A DNA stretch of 64,000 nucleotides from Vicinamibacterales bacterium (GTDB lineage: Bacteria; Acidobacteriota; Vicinamibacteria; Vicinamibacterales; SCN-69-37): NCBI GenBank assembly GCA_035547155.1, contig DASZVJ010000133.1, positions 135-64,134 on the forward strand. The letters are read 5' to 3'. The translations under genes and the position numbers were made by a program. The notes beneath the pieces are model-generated. The model saw only the letters and a list, made by a program, of their open reading frames with translations. It searched no databases and was not told the origin of the DNA. This document shows positions 1 through 8,380 of this stretch, in pieces. Positions within the stretch are counted from its first letter, which is position 1. Each line of letters begins with the position of its first letter.

Positions 1-699
1 CGAGAGCCGCAGCAGGCGCTTCGTCGTGTACGGCCATGGCGCGCGGCCGTAGAGCGATTCCGCCCACTTCGGCATGCGGCGATTGAGCGCCGCTGATACC
101 GGCAGCTCGAGCACGTCACTCGTGCCCGGCCGCGTAGCGGAGTCGTACGCGAGGTAGTACGGCGTGAGCGGCGCGTCGACGAAATCCGGTCCGCCCTTGT
201 GGGCCTCGTAGAACAACGGCGTGACGCTCGAGTCGACGCGATAGCCGAGCCGCTCGAGTGACGAGACATGCGCGGCCGAGAATCCGAATCGTCCCGATCG
301 ATACGACACGGGCCGCTCGCCGACGGCGTCGACAATCGCCTCCGTCAGCGCTGCGAGCTGCGCGTCGAACTGATCGATCGGCAGCGACAGCGCGTACGGA
401 TGGCGATCGATATCCGCTGGCTCGCAGGGCGGCGTCTCCCACGCGTGATGGTGGGCGCCGATCTCCGCGTCGCCGCGCGCGAGAATGCGACGCAGGACTG
501 CGGCGGACTCCGGATCGCGCGCGACCGGATACGTCACGACGTACGTCGGCCGGACGCCATGCTGCGCGAAGAAATCGTGCAGCCGCTCGAGCGCGCGCGT
601 GTTGGCGAACGTCTGATGCCGGCGAGCCTCGCGGTCCCACTGGTTGTCGCCTTCGGTGTCGATGGCGACGAGCAAGGCAGGAGGGGACGTCGTGATCAT
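1..699 (-). CDS. Polysaccharide deacetylase-family protein (CE4/ArnD/WalW-like), C-terminus outside the window
   Basis: My own translation of the minus strand from the ATG at 699 stays open to the window edge (MITTSPPALLVAIDTEGDNQWDREARRHQTFANTRALERLHDFFAQHGVRPTYVVTYPV...GAHHHAWETPP...SYRSGRFGFS). It is absent from the ORF track because no stop lies in the window. ATGA start/stop overlap with the upstream GNAT gene (696-699). Confidence 0.75.
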   Translation of the reverse strand, partial: MITTSPPALLVAIDTEGDNQWDREARRHQTFANTRALERLHDFFAQHGVRPTYVVTYPVARDPESAAVLRRILARGDAEIGAHHHAWETPPCEPADIDRHPYALSLPIDQFDAQLAALTEAIVDAVGERPVSYRSGRFGFSAAHVSSLERLGYRVDSSVTPLFYEAHKGGPDFVDAPLTPYYLAYDSATRPGTSDVLELPVSAALNRRMPKWAESLYGRAPWPYTTKRLLRLS

Positions 700-1739
700 C
701 GATCCAGATCGGAGTCGCCGAGCGTGACGTGCCAGCGATCGGTCGACGCGTAGAACGCGTCCGGCACCGGCGCGGCGTTGATCTTGGCGACGAAGTCGAC
801 CGTCGACTTGACCGGATAGTAGCCGGACTTCCGCAGCCGCTTGCGAAAGGCGTCGTGCAGCGCGAACGTGCGAATCTTGTCGGTGTCCGCCGCGCGCGCT
901 TCGCGATCGACCCAGCGCAGCAGCGTCAACATCCCGGCGGCATCGTCCGGATCGGTGAGGAAATCGACGAGTACCGTCACGCGGCCGCGCGGCTCCTGCT
1001 TGTGGCGGTAGACGGCGTAGCCGACGGGCTCGCCGTCGCGCACGAGCGCCGCGATCGCGTAGCGCACGTGCGGCGCCTGGATGTACTTCCAGTTGAGATA
1101 GGCCGCGTCGCGCCGGACGGCGAACGCGAACCGCGTGGCGATGCGCTCCCACAGCCGTGTGAAGCCCTCGTCGAAGTGACGAATCGTCCGCACTTCGCCC
1201 TGCAGCGGCTTGGCGCGTGAGACGAGGCGCACCCACGGCAGCGTGACGTACGAGACGAGGCGGTTGAGCGCGACCGGCCACGTCGGACGCCGCAGCGCAC
1301 GCCGGCTGAGCGGCTTGACGAAGCACGGCAGCGGGCCGAGATCCGGCCAGCGCATCTTCTTGAACAGGCGATACGACGATTCCGACAGGCCGAGCCCGAG
1401 CGAGGCGCCGGTGTGCCGATCCCACGTGCGGAACAGCACGTCGCCGAGGCCCTGGCGCTGCCGCTCGGGCGCGACCATCACGTCCATGCCCCAGGACGCG
1501 TCGATGTCCTGCCCCTGCGCGTGCAGCTTCACCGGCATCGTCGCGTACTGCCCGACGATCGTGGCGCCCTCGCGCGCGATCCAGATCTGCGGGCCCTCGG
1601 CCGGTGCATTCGGGTTGCGGCGATATTGCCAGTCCCAGCGAAGACGGCTCGCGTCGGCCGCGTCGGGCCCGAAGACACGGCGGTACAGGGCCTCGACCTG
1701 CCGGCGATCTTCGGTGCGATAACGATCGATGTCAGCCAT
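696..1739 (-). CDS. GNAT-family N-acetyltransferase (two-domain type common in polysaccharide loci)
   Basis: 347 aa ORF. MADIDRYRTEDRRQVEALYRRVFG...VAPERQRQGLGDVLF is an acetyl-CoA-binding Q/RxxGxG-like motif. Coherent non-repetitive composition, unlike the overlapping frames. Confidence 0.75.
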   Translation of the reverse strand: MADIDRYRTEDRRQVEALYRRVFGPDAADASRLRWDWQYRRNPNAPAEGPQIWIAREGATIVGQYATMPVKLHAQGQDIDASWGMDVMVAPERQRQGLGDVLFRTWDRHTGASLGLGLSESSYRLFKKMRWPDLGPLPCFVKPLSRRALRRPTWPVALNRLVSYVTLPWVRLVSRAKPLQGEVRTIRHFDEGFTRLWERIATRFAFAVRRDAAYLNWKYIQAPHVRYAIAALVRDGEPVGYAVYRHKQEPRGRVTVLVDFLTDPDDAAGMLTLLRWVDREARAADTDKIRTFALHDAFRKRLRKSGYYPVKSTVDFVAKINAAPVPDAFYASTDRWHVTLGDSDLDR

Positions 1740-1766
1740 GTCGCGTGTGAGGCCAGCGAGGCGCGG

Positions 1767-2603
1767 TCAGGCCGCGCTCAGCACGTATTCGATATTACTG
1801 ATCAGCGCGTCCTGCGTCAGCGGGCTGTCGCGCACCCATCGCGCCAGGGGCGCCGGCAGGCGACGGACGGTCGACGTCACGTGCAATTCCTCGCGCACGA
1901 CATGCAAGCCAGCCGCCGCGATTTGGCTGCGGAGGCGCACGACGCGCACCTTCTCGAGCAAGTCGTCGTGCTTCGCGATGCCGAGTCGCGCGTCGCGGAT
2001 GAACGAGTTCTCGTGCGCGGGCTCGCGCAGCGTCCACGGCGCGTAACGCGCGAGCACGCGAAACGTGCGGAACGCGATCGCGCGGCCGGCGATCAAGTGC
2101 AGCGGCACCGGCACGCGCAGGCGCGGCAGGTGCGCGCCGGCGAACGAGAGATACGGCGCAGTCGAGAGATAGCAGCGGCCGCCAGGCGCGAGCACGCGGC
2201 GGCACTCGCGCAAATACAGCGGCGCGTCGGCGACGTGCTCGATTACGGCGTGCGACAGCACGAGATCGAACGCGCCGTCGGGAAAGGGCAGCGCCATGCC
2301 ATCGGCGCGCGCAAAATGCAGGTTCGCGAGGCCACGCTCGTGTGCGAGCACGACGCCGGCCTGGCCGAAGCGGTCGATCGGATCGATGCCGACGACCTCG
2401 CGCGCGTGCTCGGCGAGCGACAGGGGCATGCCGCCGCCGCCGCAGCCGGCGTCGAGCACGCGGCCACCGATCGTCACGCCCGCACGCTCGAGGAACGCGA
2501 GAACCTTGGCGCTGCGGTAGTACTCGAACAGCGCGTAGTCGTACTCGGATCGGAATCGCCGATCGGCATGCGCCTTGATGAGGTCGTCTCTAATCTCGCG
2601 CAT
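1767..2603 (-). CDS. Class I SAM-dependent methyltransferase
   Basis: 278 aa. VLDAGCGGGGMPLSLA glycine-rich SAM motif I, then FDLVLSHAVIEHV and LAPGGRCYL motifs. 14-nt overlap with the upstream gene stop. Confidence 0.85.
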   Translation of the reverse strand: MREIRDDLIKAHADRRFRSEYDYALFEYYRSAKVLAFLERAGVTIGGRVLDAGCGGGGMPLSLAEHAREVVGIDPIDRFGQAGVVLAHERGLANLHFARADGMALPFPDGAFDLVLSHAVIEHVADAPLYLRECRRVLAPGGRCYLSTAPYLSFAGAHLPRLRVPVPLHLIAGRAIAFRTFRVLARYAPWTLREPAHENSFIRDARLGIAKHDDLLEKVRVVRLRSQIAAAGLHVVREELHVTSTVRRLPAPLARWVRDSPLTQDALISNIEYVLSAA

Positions 2604-4317
2604 GCGGCTCGTCGGTCGGCATCTTGTCGATGAGCACCGCGCGATCGGGATCCGGCGTCTCGTCGACCGTGAACGTCGCGACGACCCGGCGTCTGGGATA
2701 GCGGTCGAGGATGCCCTGGATCAGGCCTGACCCGTCCGAGCTCTCGTAGCCAATGCGGGGCAAATCGTAGGTCAGTATATAGCGCGCATCGTCGCGTTGA
2801 AGGCGGTCGTCGTAGTTGCCGAAGCCGTTGCCGACGAAGAGCGGCCGGATGCGATTGTCCAGCGCGAGGCCGTTGGCGAGCTTGCCCTGCACGATCGTTC
2901 CGGGCGGCAGCAACCGTCCGAGCGCGACCGATGCCTCGTAGTTGACGTCCGATCGATGCTGCGTCCAGCGGACGTACTCGAAGGCATTCCAGGACAGGAC
3001 GAGAATCAGCCACATGGCCGCGACGCGCGCACGCGCCGATGCGGTCGACACGAGCGATGTCGTCCAACGCGGTTTCCAAAGCTGTAGCGTCGTCCACAAC
3101 ACCGCGATGGCCGCGGCCAGACGCACGGCTATCCGGTAGGGATTCGCGTCGATGTCCGCCACGACGAGCGGCCGCAGCAAGCTGCCGGCAACGATGTACG
3201 CAAGCGGAAGAGAGATCAGCGCACGGGCAACGCGGGCGCGACCGTCCGGCTCCGGAGCTGACGCGGACGTATTCGTCCAGGCGCGTGCGGCCAGGAGCGC
3301 GGCGAGCGCGGTCAGCGCCGGAATGAACATCACATAGCGGCGCTCGTTGCTCGAGTCGTGGACGACGAGCTCGGCGAATCCGATCAGCACCCACAGCACG
3401 AGCAGACGCTCCGCAGGCTTCGCGTCGCGCCAGCGGCGGACGATGCCGGCAAGACCGATCGCGGCGGCCACGAGCACCAGCCACATGCGGCTCAGGATGC
3501 CTTCCGCGACCGGCAGCCACGACGCGCGTTCCGCGAACGCGTGAAGCGTGTACGCCGGCTTGCGCGTCACGCTCATCTGCCAGTTGTAGAAGCGATAGTC
3601 GGCCCAATGCGGCAGGACGAACAGCGTCCCGGCGATCGCGAACGTGATCGCGAGACCGGCGAGCGTCCACCAGGCCAGTCGCGTGTCCGCACGGCGATCC
3701 GGCGCGTCCGCTCGCCACGCGCGGATGATCGCGAGACCCGCATCGAGCGCGAGCGCGGCGACGAAGAACGCGGCCGCGGCTTTCGTAAACCACGCGCCAG
3801 CTGCGGCGACGCCGGCGATCGCGCCCCATCGCGCGTCACGCGATCCGCGCGCGTACGCCGCCCACGCGACGACCATCGCGGCGGTCATCGTCGATTCCAT
3901 CAGCGCCGCGCGGTTCCACATCACGAACGCGTACGTCGTGGCAAGGACCGCTGCGCCAATCGCGGCCGCTTCGCGGCCGGCGATCGTCTTCAGGCCGATG
4001 ACGAGCGCGATGATCGCCACGAGACCCGAAACGAGCGGCACGACACGCGCCTGCCAGAGGCCGACGCCGAAGGTCTCGAACGACGCGTACTCGAGCGCTG
4101 TGAAGACGGGTGCGACGAAGACGGGATTCCACGCGTCGGTGCGCCACGCGCCCCACAGCGCGCGGTTGCGCGCGTTGTGGACCCATGCGCCTTCGTCGTG
4201 CCAGACGATGCCGACCGAGTCGGCGACCGGCGGATCGGCGCGTAACCACGCCACGCGCATGAACAGCCCCACGGCGAAGATCGCCGTGAGCACGGACGCG
4301 AACGTCCGGCGGCTCAT
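2590..4317 (-). CDS. ArnT/PMT-like GT-C fold membrane glycosyltransferase (GT39/GT83-like)
   Basis: 575 aa. Many hydrophobic helices. WHDEGAW Asp-Glu motif shortly after the first TM helix, as in lipid-phosphate-sugar dependent GT-C enzymes. C-terminal soluble domain of about 120 aa. Confidence 0.75.
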   Translation of the reverse strand: MSRRTFASVLTAIFAVGLFMRVAWLRADPPVADSVGIVWHDEGAWVHNARNRALWGAWRTDAWNPVFVAPVFTALEYASFETFGVGLWQARVVPLVSGLVAIIALVIGLKTIAGREAAAIGAAVLATTYAFVMWNRAALMESTMTAAMVVAWAAYARGSRDARWGAIAGVAAAGAWFTKAAAAFFVAALALDAGLAIIRAWRADAPDRRADTRLAWWTLAGLAITFAIAGTLFVLPHWADYRFYNWQMSVTRKPAYTLHAFAERASWLPVAEGILSRMWLVLVAAAIGLAGIVRRWRDAKPAERLLVLWVLIGFAELVVHDSSNERRYVMFIPALTALAALLAARAWTNTSASAPEPDGRARVARALISLPLAYIVAGSLLRPLVVADIDANPYRIAVRLAAAIAVLWTTLQLWKPRWTTSLVSTASARARVAAMWLILVLSWNAFEYVRWTQHRSDVNYEASVALGRLLPPGTIVQGKLANGLALDNRIRPLFVGNGFGNYDDRLQRDDARYILTYDLPRIGYESSDGSGLIQGILDRYPRRRVVATFTVDETPDPDRAVLIDKMPTDEPHARD

Positions 4318-4412
4318 GTCAGGACGCGTGCCGGATCGAATGACCCGGCAAGCTTCGGAAACGTGAAGAATCGGCCGGCCAGCATGACGATAACGAGGTC
4401 ATATACTCACAT

Positions 4413-5576
4413 ATGCTCATGCGCGTCGCATCTGTCGTTCCGCTCGCGTTGATCGTGTCCGTCGCCGGCATGGCGGCTCAGCAGCGTACGACCGGCAGCG
4501 AGCCCACGCCTGGCCCGGATCGCACAGAGGCGGCGCGGCTGGAGCAGGGGTGGGCATGTCTGGCGCGTGAAGATCTGCCGTGCGCATCCGCGCGCGCCAA
4601 TGCCGCGTTGGCCGCCGCGCCGAGAAGCGGCGCCGCGCTCGATCTGGCCATTGAAGTCGACATCGCCCGGGCCGGCGCGTCGAGCGCCCTCGACACCTAT
4701 GAGCGATGGCTGGGCTCGCGTCGTATCGAAGAGCCCGCGGTGCTCAGACGGATCGCGATCGCCCTGCTGAAAGATCTGACGCGATCGACTCAAGACCCCG
4801 CCGTTCGCCTGGCGGCATACAGCGCGCTGCTCGACGCTGGAGATCCGGACGCCAAGATGTACTTTGCGCATGGCGTGCAGCGCGGATCCGGCGCTGAGCT
4901 TCGCGTCATGGCGGCACGGGGAGATGCCGGTGCCGTCGGCGCGTTGGCAACGGCCCTCGAGAACGAGCAGTTGCCGAATGCGATGGAGGGGATCGACGCG
5001 CTGGCCCAAAGCCACAGCGACCGTGCGACGCAGGCGCTGTTGAGCCGGATCAGCGACCCACGCTCGGAGATCAGGAGCGCAGTGGCGACGGCGCTCGGAC
5101 AGACCGGCGATTCGGCGACGATTCCGCGTCTGCAGACGATGCTGAAGGATCAGAGCATGCAAGTACGCGTCAGCGCGGCTTCTGCGCTGTATGCGCTCGG
5201 CGACACGAGCGGGTTGCCGCTCATTCAGCAAATGGCGGCCGCGGACGCGCCGCAGTCTCGACTGACGGCCGCGCGAGCCTTGGCGAGTCATCCTGACGCG
5301 GAATGGGGCACGCTCGTGCAAGGGTTGACCTCGTCGCCCGATCAGGACGTGCGGCTTGCGGCGTCTCAGCTTCTCATCACGCGCGATGCCGGCCTTGGAA
5401 CCGATGCGCTCGTGCGCCTGGCCAATGACGCCTCGGGCCCGATCGCGCAGCAGGCGACGCGCACGATCGCGGCGACGGCGCCTCTGGACTTGTCCGACTT
5501 GCGAGCGTATCTGCGTCACGGCGATCCGATGGTGCGCGCGTCCACCGCGGGACGCATCATCAAGCTGACCAACTGA
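4413..5576 (+). CDS. Secreted HEAT/PBS-lyase-like repeat protein
   Basis: 387 aa. N-terminal signal-like segment MLMRVASVVPLALIVSVAGMAAQQ. Repeated D/Px(x)VRxxAAxALG helical-repeat units (DPRSEIRSAVATALGQTGD, DQSMQVRVSAASALYALGD, DQDVRLAASQLL). Confidence 0.7.
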   Translation: MLMRVASVVPLALIVSVAGMAAQQRTTGSEPTPGPDRTEAARLEQGWACLAREDLPCASARANAALAAAPRSGAALDLAIEVDIARAGASSALDTYERWLGSRRIEEPAVLRRIAIALLKDLTRSTQDPAVRLAAYSALLDAGDPDAKMYFAHGVQRGSGAELRVMAARGDAGAVGALATALENEQLPNAMEGIDALAQSHSDRATQALLSRISDPRSEIRSAVATALGQTGDSATIPRLQTMLKDQSMQVRVSAASALYALGDTSGLPLIQQMAAADAPQSRLTAARALASHPDAEWGTLVQGLTSSPDQDVRLAASQLLITRDAGLGTDALVRLANDASGPIAQQATRTIAATAPLDLSDLRAYLRHGDPMVRASTAGRIIKLTN

Positions 5577-5621
5577 CGTGCGATCTGCCGTCGCCAAATC
5601 GGACTGCACTATAGTGACGCC

Positions 5622-6401
5622 GTGTCCCTCGTGTCCTCGCCCGATCTGACGCTCGTCGTTCCCACGTACAACGAACGCGATCGTCTCGCCGAGCTCGTGC
5701 AGGCGCTGTTCGATGCGGCGTCCGCGGCATCCGTGGCGCTCGAGCTCGTCATCGTCGACGACAACTCGCCCGACGGCACCGGTGCGCTGGCCGACGAGCT
5801 GGCGCGCACGCATCGCATGCAGGTCGTCCATCGCGTCGGCAAGCTGGGGCTCGGCACGGCGGTCGTCGCCGGTTTCGCCGTGGCGACGGCTGACGTCTTC
5901 GGCGTGATGGATGCCGACTTCAGTCATCCCCCCGCGCTCGTGCCGAAGATGTTCGCGGCGTTTCGCGCCACACAGGCGGACGTCCTCGTCGCGAGCCGGT
6001 ACGTGCCCGGCGGCAGCACGCCGGACTGGCCCTTCAAACGGCGCCTGCTCTCGCGCATCGGCTGTCTGCTCGCGCGCGGGCTGTCGCCGATCCGGGATGC
6101 CGCGTCGGGGTTCTTCCTGATTCGACGGGACATCGCGCGGGACGTCGCGATCAAGGCGGGCGGCTTCAAGATCTGTCTCGAGCTCATCGTCCGCGGCACG
6201 CCAGGCACGCTCGTCGAGCTGCCGTACCGGTTCGACGACCGCGAGCTCGGCGAGAGCAAGATGAGCATGCGCGAGGCGTCGGGCTATCTGTTCCAGCTGC
6301 GCGATCTGTACTGGCTGAGCTGGACGCGAGCGCGCCGGCCGGCGCCGCGCTATCGGCGGTTGACGGAGGCCGAAGTCGCGACGATGGCGGCGCGGCGCTG
6401 A
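5622..6401 (+). CDS. Polyprenol/dolichol-phosphate mannose synthase-like GT2 (Dpm1/Ppm1 catalytic-domain type)
   Basis: 259 aa. LVVPTYNERDRL...VIVDDNSPDGTG...MDADFSHPP...GFFLIRR...GFKICLEL...ESKMS is the typical soluble Dpm1/Ppm1 signature series. GTG start. Confidence 0.85.
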   Translation: MSLVSSPDLTLVVPTYNERDRLAELVQALFDAASAASVALELVIVDDNSPDGTGALADELARTHRMQVVHRVGKLGLGTAVVAGFAVATADVFGVMDADFSHPPALVPKMFAAFRATQADVLVASRYVPGGSTPDWPFKRRLLSRIGCLLARGLSPIRDAASGFFLIRRDIARDVAIKAGGFKICLELIVRGTPGTLVELPYRFDDRELGESKMSMREASGYLFQLRDLYWLSWTRARRPAPRYRRLTEAEVATMAARR

Positions 6402-6407
6402 CGCGTG

Positions 6408-8324
6408 TCAGTGCAGCTCGTACAGCGCGGAGCTGCTGCCCCGCCAGCGCAGGCGCACGAGGCGCCGGAAATGCGGCGACGCCTCGACTGCCGTCAGCAG
6501 CTGCTCGCAGCCCTCGGGCGAATAGTAGAGCGCACAGCTGAATGTCACGTGCGTGACGCCCGCGCCGCGTAAGGCCTCGATCGCCTGCGGTTCCGGCACG
6601 TCTTCTACGCGTTTCACGAGATCGGAATAGTCGCGCGGCGAAAAGCCGCTGTAGCCGTCGATCATGTTCGACCAGTGCCACAGCGAGAAGTACATGAACG
6701 GCACGCTCTCGGTGAAGTCGCCGACGTGCTGCCGCATCGGAAACTCGGCGAGCACGACCTTCGGCGAGTGCGGGAGCGATGCGTAGATCGGCGGCGGCCC
6801 GTCCCAGACGGGCTCGAGTCCCAGATGCGGCCACACGTCGACGGCGATGAGCGCGGTCAGGCCGGCGACGAGCACCTGCCGCTGACGCGCCGTGCGGCAT
6901 CGCGCGAGCAGACGCCTGGCGCCGAACCCCGCGAAAATCGCGAGCGACAGACCCACCAGCACGCTGAATCGCGAGGCGACGCGCATGCCGCGCACGGGCG
7001 AGAGCCAGTCGTAGAAGAGCGGATAGAGCACGCCGTTGAAGCCGAGCGACGACTCCCACGCAAACGCCATCCCGGCGCCGTAGACGAGCGACAACGGTCC
7101 GAGCGGCGGCACGAGACCGGCCGTCGCGAGTCCGAGTGCCATGGCGCCCGGAAACAGCGCGCGCTCCGGGTGCTCGCTTCGGAGGACCCGGCGGTACAAC
7201 ACGCTGCGGTCGTGCGCCTGGAAGTAGTCCGCCGGCGTGGCGCTGTAGTACTTGACGGCGTTGATGTCGCGCTCGCCCTTCTCGCCCTGGGCGGCTTCGT
7301 AGACGCGCATCAACGGAAACGCGCAGATGGCGGCGAGCACGCCGGCGACGATCGCCCCCGGCAGCAGACGACGGATCGGCGCCCGCCTCACGCAGAGCAG
7401 AATCGCTGCAACGGGCACCAGGTACAACACGAAGAACACCGTGTAGTACATCGTCGAGTAGAGCTGCGCGACGGTCGCGGCGCCGGCGGCCAGCGCGTAT
7501 CGCAGCCGCGCCGTCTCGACGAAACGGTGCAGCGCCAGCAGCGCGAGCGGCATCCACATCATCATCTGCAGCTCGAGATGGCTGTAGTGCTCGAAGCGAT
7601 ACGGGTAGAAGCCGAAGATCATCGCGGAGATGAACGCGGCCTGGCGAGAGCCCGTCAGGTGCGCGACCAGCAGGAAGACCGCGAGTCCCGACAGCACGAA
7701 CGCCGACATGAACAGGATGTTGTAGGAAACGACCGGCTGAAGCCCGACGAGGATCAGCGGCACGTGCATCAGCGCCGGCAGCAGCATCGAATCGGAATAG
7801 GTGAGCGTCAGCGGATGCGGATAGTAGATGTTCGTGTCGAACAGCGGACGCGGGTCGCCCTGGATCTGATGAAAGACCCAATTCAGGCGCCAGACGGAAA
7901 AGAGCGGGTCGCCGAGGTCTGGGACCGATCGCATGTGCAGAACCTGCTCGTGCAGGAGCACGGCGCCGACGGCGATGAGCCCGCACGCCGCCCACAGCAC
8001 GTGCGACGCGCGCAGCGGCGATGACTCCTGAACGATCCACGCGTCGGGTTGGTAAAGGCGCTGCCACAGCGCGCGCCAGCGATCGCGCGCCAGGCCGAGC
8101 ACCGGCGGCGTTCGAAATGCGATGAACCGAATCGCAGCCAGAACGAGCGCGAGGCTGAACGCGCGTCCGCCTCCACGCGCGGAAATCTGCACGCCTGCGA
8201 TGTCAGTTCGGAAGCCGCCCGTGAGCTCGATCACGACGCCCGCGGCGGCGACGATGAAGATGATGAGATCGAGCCCGACGGCCAACGCGCGGTTACGCGC
8301 GTCAGGGCGTGTCTGGGAAGGCAC
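6408..8324 (-). CDS. Large polytopic membrane protein, putative GT-C-like glycosyltransferase (family unassigned)
   Basis: 638 aa. More than 10 hydrophobic segments, DLGDPLFSVWRLNW loop motif, C-terminal soluble domain of about 120 aa. Hydrophobic composition is only coherent in this frame. Confidence 0.65.
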   Translation of the reverse strand: MPSQTRPDARNRALAVGLDLIIFIVAAAGVVIELTGGFRTDIAGVQISARGGGRAFSLALVLAAIRFIAFRTPPVLGLARDRWRALWQRLYQPDAWIVQESSPLRASHVLWAACGLIAVGAVLLHEQVLHMRSVPDLGDPLFSVWRLNWVFHQIQGDPRPLFDTNIYYPHPLTLTYSDSMLLPALMHVPLILVGLQPVVSYNILFMSAFVLSGLAVFLLVAHLTGSRQAAFISAMIFGFYPYRFEHYSHLELQMMMWMPLALLALHRFVETARLRYALAAGAATVAQLYSTMYYTVFFVLYLVPVAAILLCVRRAPIRRLLPGAIVAGVLAAICAFPLMRVYEAAQGEKGERDINAVKYYSATPADYFQAHDRSVLYRRVLRSEHPERALFPGAMALGLATAGLVPPLGPLSLVYGAGMAFAWESSLGFNGVLYPLFYDWLSPVRGMRVASRFSVLVGLSLAIFAGFGARRLLARCRTARQRQVLVAGLTALIAVDVWPHLGLEPVWDGPPPIYASLPHSPKVVLAEFPMRQHVGDFTESVPFMYFSLWHWSNMIDGYSGFSPRDYSDLVKRVEDVPEPQAIEALRGAGVTHVTFSCALYYSPEGCEQLLTAVEASPHFRRLVRLRWRGSSSALYELH

Positions 8325-8337
8325 GGCTCATCTTACA

Positions 8338-8365
8338 TTTCGAGCTTCGAACTTCAACCTTGAAC
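8338..8365. repeat. Degenerate tandem heptamers tttcgag-cttcgaa-cttcaac-cttgaac in an intra-operon spacer
   Basis: Read directly from the sequence. Same CTTCGAA unit as at 49228-49241 and 52480-52500. Confidence 0.6.
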
Positions 8366-8380
8366 GCCCGCGGCGCGTCG

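Noticed and set aside
116-753. Three overlapping ORFs (116-640 minus, 258-695 plus, 268-753 plus)
   Set aside because: All are Arg-rich shadow frames. The third minus frame, open from 699 to the window edge, encodes a coherent deacetylase-family protein.
4413-5576. Phycobilisome lyase annotation for the HEAT/PBS-lyase-like repeat protein
   Set aside because: There is no phototrophic context, the protein has a signal peptide, and only the generic HEAT-like repeat is shared.
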